Shown: positions 8,916 to 17,438, numbered from the stretch's first letter. The stretch is 64,000 nucleotides of DNA from Treponema sp. (GCA_031279555.1 JAITIK010000005.1:1464-65463), one strand, 5' to 3'. Numbers and translations: made by a program. Notes: a model not told the origin generated them from the letters alone.

Positions 8916-9722
8916 TCATGGTTCTTCACGGATAAGCGCTTCCATGAAACCTGCCTGCCCGATCTTTTCGGCGACCGTTTGAACATCGTCAGCCTTTATC
9001 CCCGAAAGCACCACGCGGTACAAGTCGCCGCTCCGTTCATACACCGGACTCAAACCTACGCTTCTTAATTTTTCAAAAGCAGACACCGCGTTCTTGGGGA
9101 CTCTGAACGCGCCGATTTGCAGACGATACCGCTTGTTTGTTCCCGTGGGCGGAATGGCGGGCTTTATGACCGCTGGCTTTGTCGGTGCAACGGCTAGGGG
9201 CGGCGTTTGCGGAGCGGAGGGCGCGGGGACAGAGGGCGCGGCGACGGCTGCTGCGGACGGCGGCGTTTGCGGAACGGCCGACGCGGGGACAGGGGGCGCT
9301 ATTGCCGCAACCGGATCCCCCGTAGGTCCGGGAACTGCGCCCGCTTCGGCAATGGCAATGCTGACTGGAACGCTGCCACTTGTGATCATATCCAAGTGTT
9401 CGGCGGCGGCTTTTGACAGATCTATATTTCGATTAGAAATAAAGGGTCCCCTGTCGTTTACCCGCACTGTCACCTTTTTATTGTTGTTTTTATTCGTTAT
9501 GGTCAGCAACGTGCCAAAAGGCAACTCGGGATGAGCCGCAGTATAATCATTTGAATTAAAAGTTTCTCCAGAGGCGGTGGTTTGTCCATCAAATTCCGTT
9601 CCATACCATGAAGCGATCCCATCTTCCTGAAAGGTTGCCGCTTGCGCGTTGCACACGAGTGTAAAAACAAAGGCTTCTATAGTAATCAAAATAAACTTCT
9701 TCATATTTCTTTTATCGGTCAA
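8916..9722 (-). CDS. rlpA: RlpA-like double-psi beta-barrel lytic transglycosylase with C-terminal SPOR domain
   Basis: Signal peptide, then ASWYGTEFDGQTTASGETFNSNDYTAAHPELPFGTLLTITN..VRVNDRGPF (RlpA DPBB). A Pro/Ala-rich linker follows. The SPOR-like part is YRLQIGAFRVPKNAVSAFEKL..DLYRVVLSGI. Confidence 0.85.
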   Translation of the reverse strand: MTDKRNMKKFILITIEAFVFTLVCNAQAATFQEDGIASWYGTEFDGQTTASGETFNSNDYTAAHPELPFGTLLTITNKNNNKKVTVRVNDRGPFISNRNIDLSKAAAEHLDMITSGSVPVSIAIAEAGAVPGPTGDPVAAIAPPVPASAVPQTPPSAAAVAAPSVPAPSAPQTPPLAVAPTKPAVIKPAIPPTGTNKRYRLQIGAFRVPKNAVSAFEKLRSVGLSPVYERSGDLYRVVLSGIKADDVQTVAEKIGQAGFMEALIREEP

Positions 9723-9785
9723 TTATAAGAGAAAGATAAACCGGATGCGAAACTTTTACATGAGGAAATCGTCGTCGCTCCTGAA

Positions 9786-9811
9786 TTTTTTCGCAAAATT
9801 TTGCGAAAAAA
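9786..9811. promoter_or_regulatory. Perfect 26-nt palindrome TTTTTTCGCAAAATTTTGCGAAAAAA in the divergent rlpA-rex1 / rex2-adhE intergenic region
   Basis: Read directly from the sequence and exactly self-complementary. Its function as an operator is inferred only from position. Confidence 0.35.
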
Positions 9812-9822
9812 TCAAAAACCCA

Positions 9823-9874
9823 GAGGCTTTCCCAAAACTAACCCGAACGCAGTTCTCGTTTTGAGAAAAGCTCC
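9823..9874. repeat. Hairpin repeat family, copy 3 (inverted core)
   Basis: GAGGCTTTCCCAAAACTAACCCGAACGCAGTTCTCGTTTTGAGAAAAGCTCC. Confidence 0.75.
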
Positions 9875-9877
9875 CTA

Positions 9878-9906
9878 TTGACAAAAATTTTGAAATCGTA
9901 TATTTT
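9878..9906 (+). promoter_or_regulatory. Sigma70-like promoter candidate for rex2-adhE
   Basis: TTGACA (9878-9883), a 17-nt spacer, then TATTTT (9901-9906), about 40 nt upstream of the GTG start at 9946, which has an AAGGAGG RBS. Confidence 0.4.
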
Positions 9907-9945
9907 TATATCGATATATAAATATCTATATAAGGAGGTTGTGCG

Positions 9946-10599
9946 GTGGCAAATTCCGAAGGTTCGGTATCTCTCGCCGTATTTAACAGACTGGCCTTGT
10001 ATGTGCGGCGGTTACGCGACATGAAAGCTGAAGGTTTTGTTACGGTATCGTCGGTCGCTTTGGCGGACGCCCTTTCGCTTAACCGGTCTTTGGTGAAGAA
10101 AGACATTTCGTGCGCTATCGTGAATGAAGGAAAACCCAAAGTCGGCTACAACATTGATGAACTTATTGAAGATATTGAAAGTTTTTTGGGCTACAACAAC
10201 ACAAAAGATGCGGTATTGGTGGGTGTGGGAAAGCTGGGGCAGGCGTTGATGGGGTACCGGGGTTTTGAGAAATACGGATTGAACATTATCGGAGGGTTTG
10301 ACATTGATGAAACCATAGTATCAAAAGAAATCAACGGGAAGAAAATTCTTCCAACCGGCAAATTGGAGAGCGCGGTGAAAAAGCTGAATATAAAAATAGC
10401 GATACTGACCACGCCCGGTGAACAAGCGCAAGCGATAACGGACATATTGGTAAAAGCGGGAATACGGGCTATATGGAATTTTACGCCGGCGCATATAAAA
10501 ACGCCAGATGATGTGGCGGTCAAGAACGAGGATATGGCAGTCTCACTCGCCGTATTATCACAACAGTTAAAGGAAATCCTAAAAAAGGAGTCAGAATGA
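9946..10599 (+). CDS. rex: Redox-sensing transcriptional repressor Rex (paralog 2)
   Basis: 217 aa with a GTG start after AAGGAGG. VFNRLALYVRRLRDM (wHTH), VGVGKLGQALMGY (GxGxxG), GIRAIWNFTP. The stop overlaps the adhE start (ATGA). Confidence 0.85.
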   Translation: MANSEGSVSLAVFNRLALYVRRLRDMKAEGFVTVSSVALADALSLNRSLVKKDISCAIVNEGKPKVGYNIDELIEDIESFLGYNNTKDAVLVGVGKLGQALMGYRGFEKYGLNIIGGFDIDETIVSKEINGKKILPTGKLESAVKKLNIKIAILTTPGEQAQAITDILVKAGIRAIWNFTPAHIKTPDDVAVKNEDMAVSLAVLSQQLKEILKKESE

Positions 10600-13205
10600 A
10601 GAAAGAAGAAAAAAACGATGGCGCCGAAAATTTGGCGCTCACTATCGAAAGGGTACGGAAGGCGCAAGCAATTTTCGCGGCCTATACCCAGAAACAGGTA
10701 GACAAGATTTTCTTTGAGGCTGCTCTGGCGGCCAATCGAGAGAGAATCCCGCTCGCAAAGCTGGCGGTGGAAGAAACCGGCATGGGCGTGGTGGAGGACA
10801 AGGTGATAAAAAACCATTACGCCGCCGAGTACATCTACAACGCCTATAAAAACACAAAAACAACCGGCGTCGTGGAGGAGGACGAGACCTATGGACTAAA
10901 GAAAATAGCTGAACCCATAGGGCTGATTTGCGCGGTCATTCCGACCACCAATCCTACGTCCACCACCATATTCAAGACTCTGCTGGCGTTGAAAACCCGA
11001 AACGGCATCGTAATCAGTCCGCACCCGAGGGCGAAGAATGCGACCGCGCAAGCTGCAAAAATCGTGCTGGAAGCGGCGGTCAAAGCTGGCGCTCCCGAAG
11101 GCATAATCGGCTGGATTGACGAACCGAGTCTTGAATTGACCAACACCCTTATGAGAGAAGCTGACATTATTCTTGCCACCGGCGGTCCGGGCATGGTGAA
11201 ATCCGCATATTCCAGCGGAAAACCGGCTTTGGGCGTGGGAGCGGGCAATACTCCCGCTCTTATTGACGACAGCGCGGACGTACTGCTTGCGGTGAACTCC
11301 ATCATCCATAGCAAGACCTTTGACAACGGCATGATCTGCGCGTCTGAGCAATCGGTGATTGTTCTTGATGCGATATACGACAAGGTTAAAGCTGAATTTC
11401 TTAAGCGCGGATGCTATTTTCTCAATCCTGAAGAAACGGAAAAGGTGCGAAAAACCATTATAATCAATGGATCGCTGAACGCGAGAATAGTCGGGCAAAA
11501 GGCGGCGAAAATCGCGGGATTAGCCGGAATAGCGGCGCCTGAATCCACTAAAATACTCATAGGCGAGGTGGAAAACGTGGATTTGAGCGAGGAATTCGCC
11601 CATGAAAAGTTAAGCCCCGTACTCGCCATGTACCGCGCGCCGAATTTTGAAGATGCCTTGCGAAAGGCCGAGCGCCTTATCGCAGACGGCGGCTACGGAC
11701 ACACCGCTTCTCTCTATATCAATCAGACCAGCGAGAAACAAAAGCTGTCCCAATTCGCCGCGAGAATGAAAACGTGCCGCATTTTGATAAACACGCCTTC
11801 TTCGCATGGAGGCATAGGCGATCTGTACAACTTCAAGCTTCCCCCGTCGCTTACGCTGGGCTGCGGCACCTGGGGCGGAAACAGCGTTGGCGAAAATGTA
11901 GGCGTCAAGCATTTGCTCAATATCAAGATCGTCGCTGAAAGGAGGGAAAATATGCTGTGGTTCAGAACGCCGCAGAAGGTGTATATCAAGAAGGGCTGTT
12001 TGCCTGTCGCTCTTGAGGAATTGAAGTCCGCGCTGGACAAGAAGAAAGCGTTTATAGTCACTGATTCTTTTCTCTATAATAATGGGTATACTACGTCTGT
12101 CGCGGATAAGCTGGACGCGCTGGGAATCGCCCATACGACATTCTTTAATGTGGCTCCTGACCCGACCTTGGCATGCGCGAAAGAAGGCGCCACTGCAATG
12201 AACGCCTTCAAACCGGACTGCATCATTGCCATAGGCGGCGGTTCGGCTATGGATGCGGCGAAGATCATGTGGGTTATGTATGAGCATCCCGATGTGGATT
12301 TCATGGAGCTTGCCATGCGGTTCATGGACATTAGAAAGCGGGTGTACCAGTTTCCGAAACAGGGGGAAAAGGCCTATTTTATCGCCGTGCCGACATCTGC
12401 AGGCACCGGCAGCGAAGTGACGCCCTTCGCCGTCATAACCGATGAAACAAGCGGCGTGAAATATCCCCTTGCCGATTACGAACTCATGCCGAATATGGCG
12501 ATAGTCGACGCGGACATGATGATGAACGCTCCCAAGGGTCTCACCGCGGCAAGCGGCATAGATGCGATAACACACGCGCTTGAAGCGTATGCGGCCATGC
12601 TTGCCACGGACTATACCGACGGGCTTGCGTTGCGAAGCCTTAAAATGATGTTTGAATATCTGCCGCGCGCGTATGACGACGGACAAAACGATCCGGTGGC
12701 CCGTGAGAAGACAGCCAACGCCGCTACGATGGCGGGCATGGCTTTTGCGAACGCCTTTCTTGGGGTGTGCCATTCTATGGCGCATAAACTGGGTTCTTTC
12801 CACCACCTGCCCCACGGCATCGCCAACGCGCTTATGATTGACGAGGTGTTGAGATTCAATGCGGCGGAAGTTCCTGTTAAAATGGGGACATTTCCCCAAT
12901 ACGATCATCCGCACACCTTGGCGCGGTACGCCGAGATTGCCGATTATCTTGGGATAAAGGGCGCAGACGACAACGAAAAGCTTGAAAATCTTATCCGCGC
13001 TGTCGACGCCCTGAAAGAACGGATTGGCATTAAGAAGACCATAAAAGAGTATGGAATTGATGAAAAAGATTTTCTCGACCGGCTTGACGCCATGACGGAG
13101 CAGGCTTTTGACGATCAATGCACGGGCGCAAACCCCCGCTATCCGCTTATGAGTGAGATCAAACAGATGTATCTCAACGCATACTACGGAAAAGACGGAA
13201 GATGA
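10596..13205 (+). CDS. adhE: Bifunctional acetaldehyde-CoA / alcohol dehydrogenase
   Basis: 869 aa. N-terminal aldehyde dehydrogenase domain (..ICASEQSVIV..) and C-terminal iron-type ADH domain (GGGSAMDAAK, HSMAHKLG). Classical AdhE length and architecture. Confidence 0.95.
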   Translation: MKKEEKNDGAENLALTIERVRKAQAIFAAYTQKQVDKIFFEAALAANRERIPLAKLAVEETGMGVVEDKVIKNHYAAEYIYNAYKNTKTTGVVEEDETYGLKKIAEPIGLICAVIPTTNPTSTTIFKTLLALKTRNGIVISPHPRAKNATAQAAKIVLEAAVKAGAPEGIIGWIDEPSLELTNTLMREADIILATGGPGMVKSAYSSGKPALGVGAGNTPALIDDSADVLLAVNSIIHSKTFDNGMICASEQSVIVLDAIYDKVKAEFLKRGCYFLNPEETEKVRKTIIINGSLNARIVGQKAAKIAGLAGIAAPESTKILIGEVENVDLSEEFAHEKLSPVLAMYRAPNFEDALRKAERLIADGGYGHTASLYINQTSEKQKLSQFAARMKTCRILINTPSSHGGIGDLYNFKLPPSLTLGCGTWGGNSVGENVGVKHLLNIKIVAERRENMLWFRTPQKVYIKKGCLPVALEELKSALDKKKAFIVTDSFLYNNGYTTSVADKLDALGIAHTTFFNVAPDPTLACAKEGATAMNAFKPDCIIAIGGGSAMDAAKIMWVMYEHPDVDFMELAMRFMDIRKRVYQFPKQGEKAYFIAVPTSAGTGSEVTPFAVITDETSGVKYPLADYELMPNMAIVDADMMMNAPKGLTAASGIDAITHALEAYAAMLATDYTDGLALRSLKMMFEYLPRAYDDGQNDPVAREKTANAATMAGMAFANAFLGVCHSMAHKLGSFHHLPHGIANALMIDEVLRFNAAEVPVKMGTFPQYDHPHTLARYAEIADYLGIKGADDNEKLENLIRAVDALKERIGIKKTIKEYGIDEKDFLDRLDAMTEQAFDDQCTGANPRYPLMSEIKQMYLNAYYGKDGR

Positions 13206-13966
13206 GGAGGACGACAATGAAGCTGGATAAAATTATAGCCGTACGCAATACAAAGACGGTTTATCGTGATAATGACAAGGTAATCAAACTCTTTGATGAG
13301 AATTATTCCAAAGCTGATGTTCTTAACGAGGCGCTCAATCAAGCGCGTGTGGAAGAAACCGGCTTGAAAATCCCCAGGCTGCTTGAGGTGACGAAAGTCG
13401 AAAACAAATGGGCCATAGTTCTTGAGTACATTGAAGGCAAGACTCTGGAACAGCTTATGAAAGAGAATCCTGTCAAAAGGGACGAGTATTTTGAGTTTTT
13501 TGTAGACCTTCAAATGGAGGCTCATGCAAAAAAATCGCCGTTGCTCAACAAGCTGAAGGATAAAATGTCCCGGAAAATCTCCCAGGCCGATCTGAATGCG
13601 ACAACCAGATACGACTTGCATACGAGGCTTGACAGTATGCCGAAACATACTAAGGTATGCCACGGCGATTTCAACCCAAGCAATATCATTATTGCGCCGG
13701 ACGGAGCCCCTTATATCATAGACTGGGCTCATGCGACCCAGGGCAACGCTTCGGCGGACGCTGCACGGACCTATCTTCTTTTCTGGCTGAACGGCGATAT
13801 ATCGGGAGCGGAAAAGTACCTTGACCTGTTCTGCAAGAAAAGCGATACGGCCAAGCAGTACGTGCAGAAATGGATGCCCATAGTCGCCGCATCTCAAATG
13901 GTAAAAGGCAAGGAAAAAGAGAGAGAATTTTTATTGCGTTGGATCAATGTCATTGATTACGAATAG
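13202..13966 (+). CDS. Protein-kinase-fold phosphotransferase (APH/choline-kinase family)
   Basis: Catalytic-loop-like VCHGDFNPSNIIIAPDG followed by YIIDWAHATQG (Brenner HxDxxxxN plus a D-motif). ATGA overlap with adhE. An alternative ATG lies at 13217. Confidence 0.75.
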   Translation: MRRTTMKLDKIIAVRNTKTVYRDNDKVIKLFDENYSKADVLNEALNQARVEETGLKIPRLLEVTKVENKWAIVLEYIEGKTLEQLMKENPVKRDEYFEFFVDLQMEAHAKKSPLLNKLKDKMSRKISQADLNATTRYDLHTRLDSMPKHTKVCHGDFNPSNIIIAPDGAPYIIDWAHATQGNASADAARTYLLFWLNGDISGAEKYLDLFCKKSDTAKQYVQKWMPIVAASQMVKGKEKEREFLLRWINVIDYE

Positions 13967-13984
13967 GATAAGGAGGATGATGTT

Positions 13985-14227
13985 ATGACAAAAGTAACGG
14001 TTTGTATTGGAAGTTCCTGTCATCTAAAAGGGTCAAGGCAGGTGGTGGAGCAACTGCAGTATTTAATCAAGCGCGGCGGGCTTGGCGAGCAAATCGAATT
14101 AAGCGGCGCGTTCTGCATGGGCAAATGCAATTCGGACGGCGTTTCCGTAACGGTGAACGAGGCGTATTATGCGGTAAACCCCGGCAAAGTGCAGGAATTT
14201 TTTGACGACGTTGTATCTCACGTGTGA
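13985..14227 (+). CDS. Thioredoxin-like [2Fe-2S] ferredoxin (NuoE/HymA-type small protein)
   Basis: 80 aa with four cysteines in VCIGSSCHLKG..GAFCMGKCNSDG, the pattern of thioredoxin-like 2Fe-2S ferredoxins. AAGGAGG RBS. Confidence 0.7.
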   Translation: MTKVTVCIGSSCHLKGSRQVVEQLQYLIKRGGLGEQIELSGAFCMGKCNSDGVSVTVNEAYYAVNPGKVQEFFDDVVSHV

Positions 14228-14310
14228 GTCTTCACTTGAGTTAGGTGTGACTCTTCGCCTAGTCTAGGTGTGAGGAGCGCGCTAACCATAGGCAAGGTAT
14301 GGCAAGGCAT

Positions 14311-14339
14311 ATTCGCCTTCGAGGTTTTTGAAGGCGAAT
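14311..14339 (+). other. Perfect 10-bp-stem hairpin in the spacer before hydS
   Basis: ATTCGCCTTC (14311-14320), loop GAGGTTTTT, GAAGGCGAAT (14330-14339). No downstream T-run, so it is not a canonical terminator. Confidence 0.5.
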
Positions 14340-14352
14340 GCGATAGAAACGT

Positions 14353-16065
14353 ATGGAATATTTGGATTTTAAGACGGCGCGGTGTAAAGACTGTTTCAAG
14401 TGTTTGCGCGAATGTCCGGTGAAAGCGATAAAATTTGAAAACCGTCAGGCGCAAATCGTTGAGGAGCGTTGCATCCTGTGCGGCACATGTACGAGCGTCT
14501 GCCCGCAAAACGCAAAGAAGGTCAATTCGGAGTTGGCGAAGATCGAAGCGATTTTGGCTGGCGGCGGGCAGGCGATCGCCTCGGTGGCGCCCTCTTTTGC
14601 AAGCAGTTTCGGCGTACAGAGCTTCTCAATGATGCGGCTTGCCATCGCCAAACTTGGATTTGCGTACGCCGAAGAGACCGCTGTTGGCGCGGAGGCGGTG
14701 AGCGCGGCGTACGTCCGCTTGTTGGAGACGCATGAATATAAAAACTTTATCACTTCCGCGTGTCCGGCCATAAACCGCATGATTCAGGCGTATTATCCGG
14801 GAGCGTTGAAATACCTGGCTCCGGTGGACTCCCCCATGACAGCGCATGGAAAACTCTTGAAACAAAGGTTTCCAAACGCGAAGATAGTGTTCATAGGGCC
14901 GTGTATAGCGAAAAAAAGAGAAGCTGCGGAGAGCGGAATCATAGACGCGGTTTTGACCTTTGAGGAATTGAGCCAGCTCTTTGCCAATAGAAACATAGCG
15001 TTGGAACGGGCGGCGGATGTCAATACCGGCGATGGCGGTGAATCTGTAAACCGCGCCAGACGCTATCCCATCAGCAGAGGAATCATCAAGTCGTTCATAA
15101 ACCCTCCAGATGAGTATGAATATGTCGCTGTGGACGGCGTAAAAAGATGTTTTGAGGCGCTTGAAGACATAGAAACGTATTCCGGGCTGTTCATTGAGAT
15201 GAATTGCTGCGAATATGGATGCGTTAACGGTCCGTGCATACTGAAAAACCCGGGCGGCGCAATCAAGGCGAACAAGGAAATACGGGATTATGCCAATAAA
15301 AACGCCGCGAATATGGCGGCGGCGGGAAAAACAGCGGCGCGGAGCCTTGATTTGTTGGTGAAGCGCCCGTCGCTCCATCTGCATTTTGCAACGCCGGGAG
15401 AAAGGGACATCCAGTTTATTTTGGCTAAGAGCGGCAAGCTCAAACCCGAAGACGAGCTTAATTGCGGCGCGTGCGGATACTCCACCTGCCGCGAGAAGGC
15501 GCTATCCGTGTTCAACGGTTTGGCCGACATAGAAATGTGCATCCCCTATATGCGCGCCCGCGCCGAATCAATGTCCTATGAGATAATTCAGAACAGCCCC
15601 AACGGCATCATCGTTCTTGACGGGGACTATAAAATACTGGAGTTGAACAACGCGGCCCGCCGGATTCTCGGCATAACCGCCGCGAGCGCGAAGGGCTTGA
15701 ACGCATTTGATTGCTTTAATTGCGGCGACTACCTCATCGCGTGTAGCGAAGGGAAAAGCATACATAAAAAGAACGTGTTTATTGGCGAGACTGGCAAGTA
15801 CGCGGAAATGTCGATTATCCTGTTGCGCGACCATAAAATCATGTTCGGCGTGTATAAAGATATATCGGACAAGGTGGAATTTGACAAAAAACTTGATGAG
15901 GTGAAGAATGAAACCCTTAATACGACAGACGGCGTGATAAAAAAACAAATGCGCGTGGCCCAGGAAATAGCTTCGCTTCTGGGGGAAACCACCGCTGAAA
16001 CAAAGGTGGCTTTGCTCAAACTCAAGAAAACCTTGCAGCGCGAGCATGAGACAGAGGACGCCTAG
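14353..16065 (+). CDS. hydS: Sensory-type [FeFe]-hydrogenase-like protein with PAS domain (HydS / HfsB-like, group C)
   Basis: N-terminal 2x[4Fe-4S] ferredoxin motifs (CKDCFKCLRECP, CILCGTCTSVCP). H-domain motifs are FITSACP, IGPCIAKKRE and EMNCCEYGCVNGP. A Cx2Cx4Cx16C motif is present (C371-C396), followed by a PAS-like segment (IIQNSPNGIIVLDGDYKILELNNAARRILG). Confidence 0.85.
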   Translation: MEYLDFKTARCKDCFKCLRECPVKAIKFENRQAQIVEERCILCGTCTSVCPQNAKKVNSELAKIEAILAGGGQAIASVAPSFASSFGVQSFSMMRLAIAKLGFAYAEETAVGAEAVSAAYVRLLETHEYKNFITSACPAINRMIQAYYPGALKYLAPVDSPMTAHGKLLKQRFPNAKIVFIGPCIAKKREAAESGIIDAVLTFEELSQLFANRNIALERAADVNTGDGGESVNRARRYPISRGIIKSFINPPDEYEYVAVDGVKRCFEALEDIETYSGLFIEMNCCEYGCVNGPCILKNPGGAIKANKEIRDYANKNAANMAAAGKTAARSLDLLVKRPSLHLHFATPGERDIQFILAKSGKLKPEDELNCGACGYSTCREKALSVFNGLADIEMCIPYMRARAESMSYEIIQNSPNGIIVLDGDYKILELNNAARRILGITAASAKGLNAFDCFNCGDYLIACSEGKSIHKKNVFIGETGKYAEMSIILLRDHKIMFGVYKDISDKVEFDKKLDEVKNETLNTTDGVIKKQMRVAQEIASLLGETTAETKVALLKLKKTLQREHETEDA

Positions 16066-16277
16066 ACATGGAATGGGCATGGCGGTTGCGCCGCGCATTC
16101 GTTGAAACGTATGTACCCTGAGTTCGGCGGGAACAATGAGTCGGGGCGAACAAACCCCGCATGTGGGGGTCAATTCCAATAAGGAATGTGGTCGTCTCAA
16201 GTTTATAGGGCAGGTTGAACGGCGGACGCGCTCAAACGTAAAAGGCTCTGTTGCATAGCGGAAAAAGGACAGCTAGA

Positions 16278-17438
16278 ATGAAACTCTATGTGGAAAGCGG
16301 GTACACTTCTTTGAACAAGAAAGGGGAGGAACTGTGCGGGGACAAGGTTGAATCGGCGAGCGATGGAGAATATACTACGGTGGCGCTCGCGGATGGCTTG
16401 GGAAGCGGGGTTAAAGCGAATATTCTCGCCACGCTGACTTCAAAGATTTTGTGTACGATGGTGTCAAACGGCATTGAGTTGGAGGAATGTATAAGCGCCG
16501 TCATCCAGACCCTGCCCGTGTGCAAGGCGCGCGGCATAGCCTACGCGGCCTTTTCCGTGGTGTATGCGAACAAACAAGGCGGCGGTTGTCTCTTTGAGTT
16601 TGACAATCCCGCCGCGATATACTATCACGAAGGAACGTGCGTTGATTTCGACAGAACAGCGCGCGATTATTTCGGAAAAACCGTATACGCAAGCGCGTTG
16701 AATCTGGTTAAGGGCGACTGCATAATTCTTATGAGCGACGGCGTTATTCACGCGGGCATAGGAAAGACGCTCAATCTGGGATGGCTTCGCAAGGATGTGA
16801 TGGACTATCTGAACAGGATGATAAAGCCTTCCATGAGCGCGCGCTGCATCGCATGCCTGCTGGCCGGAGCGTGCAACGATCTGTATATAAACGAACCGGG
16901 CGATGACACCACTGTCGCGGTCGTAAAAATCAGAGAGGCCGCGCCGGTGAGCGTCATGGTGGGGCCGCCCGTTGACAAGGCGCGGGATGATTTTTACATC
17001 GGCAAGTTTCTCGCCAATGAAGGGAAAAAGGTGGTGTGCGGCGGAACCAGTTCCCAAATAGTCGCCCGGCGCCTTCATGAGGAAATACGTCCCGCCCTGG
17101 ACTTTCCCGACAAGGACGTGCCGCCCATAGGGTATATCAAAGGCATTGACCTTGCGACCGAAGGAGTGTTGACTCTGCGGAAACTGCTTGGCTTAAGCGA
17201 AAAATACATCAGCGACGCCGATCTCACGCCTAAATATTTCACAAAGCGGGACGGCGCGTCCATGCTTGCGAACATCCTGTTTGAGGAGGCGACGCATATA
17301 CAATTTTTCGTGGGACAAAGCATCAATTCCGCGCATCAGGGTTTGCCCATAGATATAACCATGAAACTCAAATTGGTGGAGGCGCTCGCCAAAAATCTCA
17401 AAGCAATCGGCAAGACAGTGGAGGTGCAGTATGACTGA
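16278..17438 (+). CDS. PP2C/SpoIIE-family serine phosphatase (HfsC-like)
   Basis: MKLYVESGYTSLNKKGEELCGDKVE..ALADGLGSGVKANILA..LMSDGVIHAG..DDTTVAVVKI are PP2C/SpoIIE signature blocks. ATG 16278 is preferred over the TTG at 16251. Confidence 0.8.
   Translation: MKLYVESGYTSLNKKGEELCGDKVESASDGEYTTVALADGLGSGVKANILATLTSKILCTMVSNGIELEECISAVIQTLPVCKARGIAYAAFSVVYANKQGGGCLFEFDNPAAIYYHEGTCVDFDRTARDYFGKTVYASALNLVKGDCIILMSDGVIHAGIGKTLNLGWLRKDVMDYLNRMIKPSMSARCIACLLAGACNDLYINEPGDDTTVAVVKIREAAPVSVMVGPPVDKARDDFYIGKFLANEGKKVVCGGTSSQIVARRLHEEIRPALDFPDKDVPPIGYIKGIDLATEGVLTLRKLLGLSEKYISDADLTPKYFTKRDGASMLANILFEEATHIQFFVGQSINSAHQGLPIDITMKLKLVEALAKNLKAIGKTVEVQYD

Noticed and set aside
9094-9534. 146-aa Gly/Ala-rich plus-strand ORF
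   Set aside because: It is the antisense image of the Pro/Ala-rich linker of rlpA, so it is a compositional artefact.
11610-13217. 535-aa minus-strand ORF, plus other long antisense ORFs at 10889-11498, 14626-15384, 15568-16200, 16464-17078 and 17193-17789
   Set aside because: All lie opposite adhE, hydS, PP2C or hydA, whose translations carry unmistakable motifs. The antisense products are His/Arg-rich with no recognisable motif.
14222-14235. GTGA-N4-TCAC dyad at the ferredoxin stop codon considered as a Rex box
   Set aside because: Known Rex operators have a wider arm spacing (GTGAA-N4-TTCAC, i.e. 6 nt between GTGA and TCAC) and AT-rich flanks. This dyad is too short and too tightly spaced. 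It is kept only as part of the phased-repeat finding.
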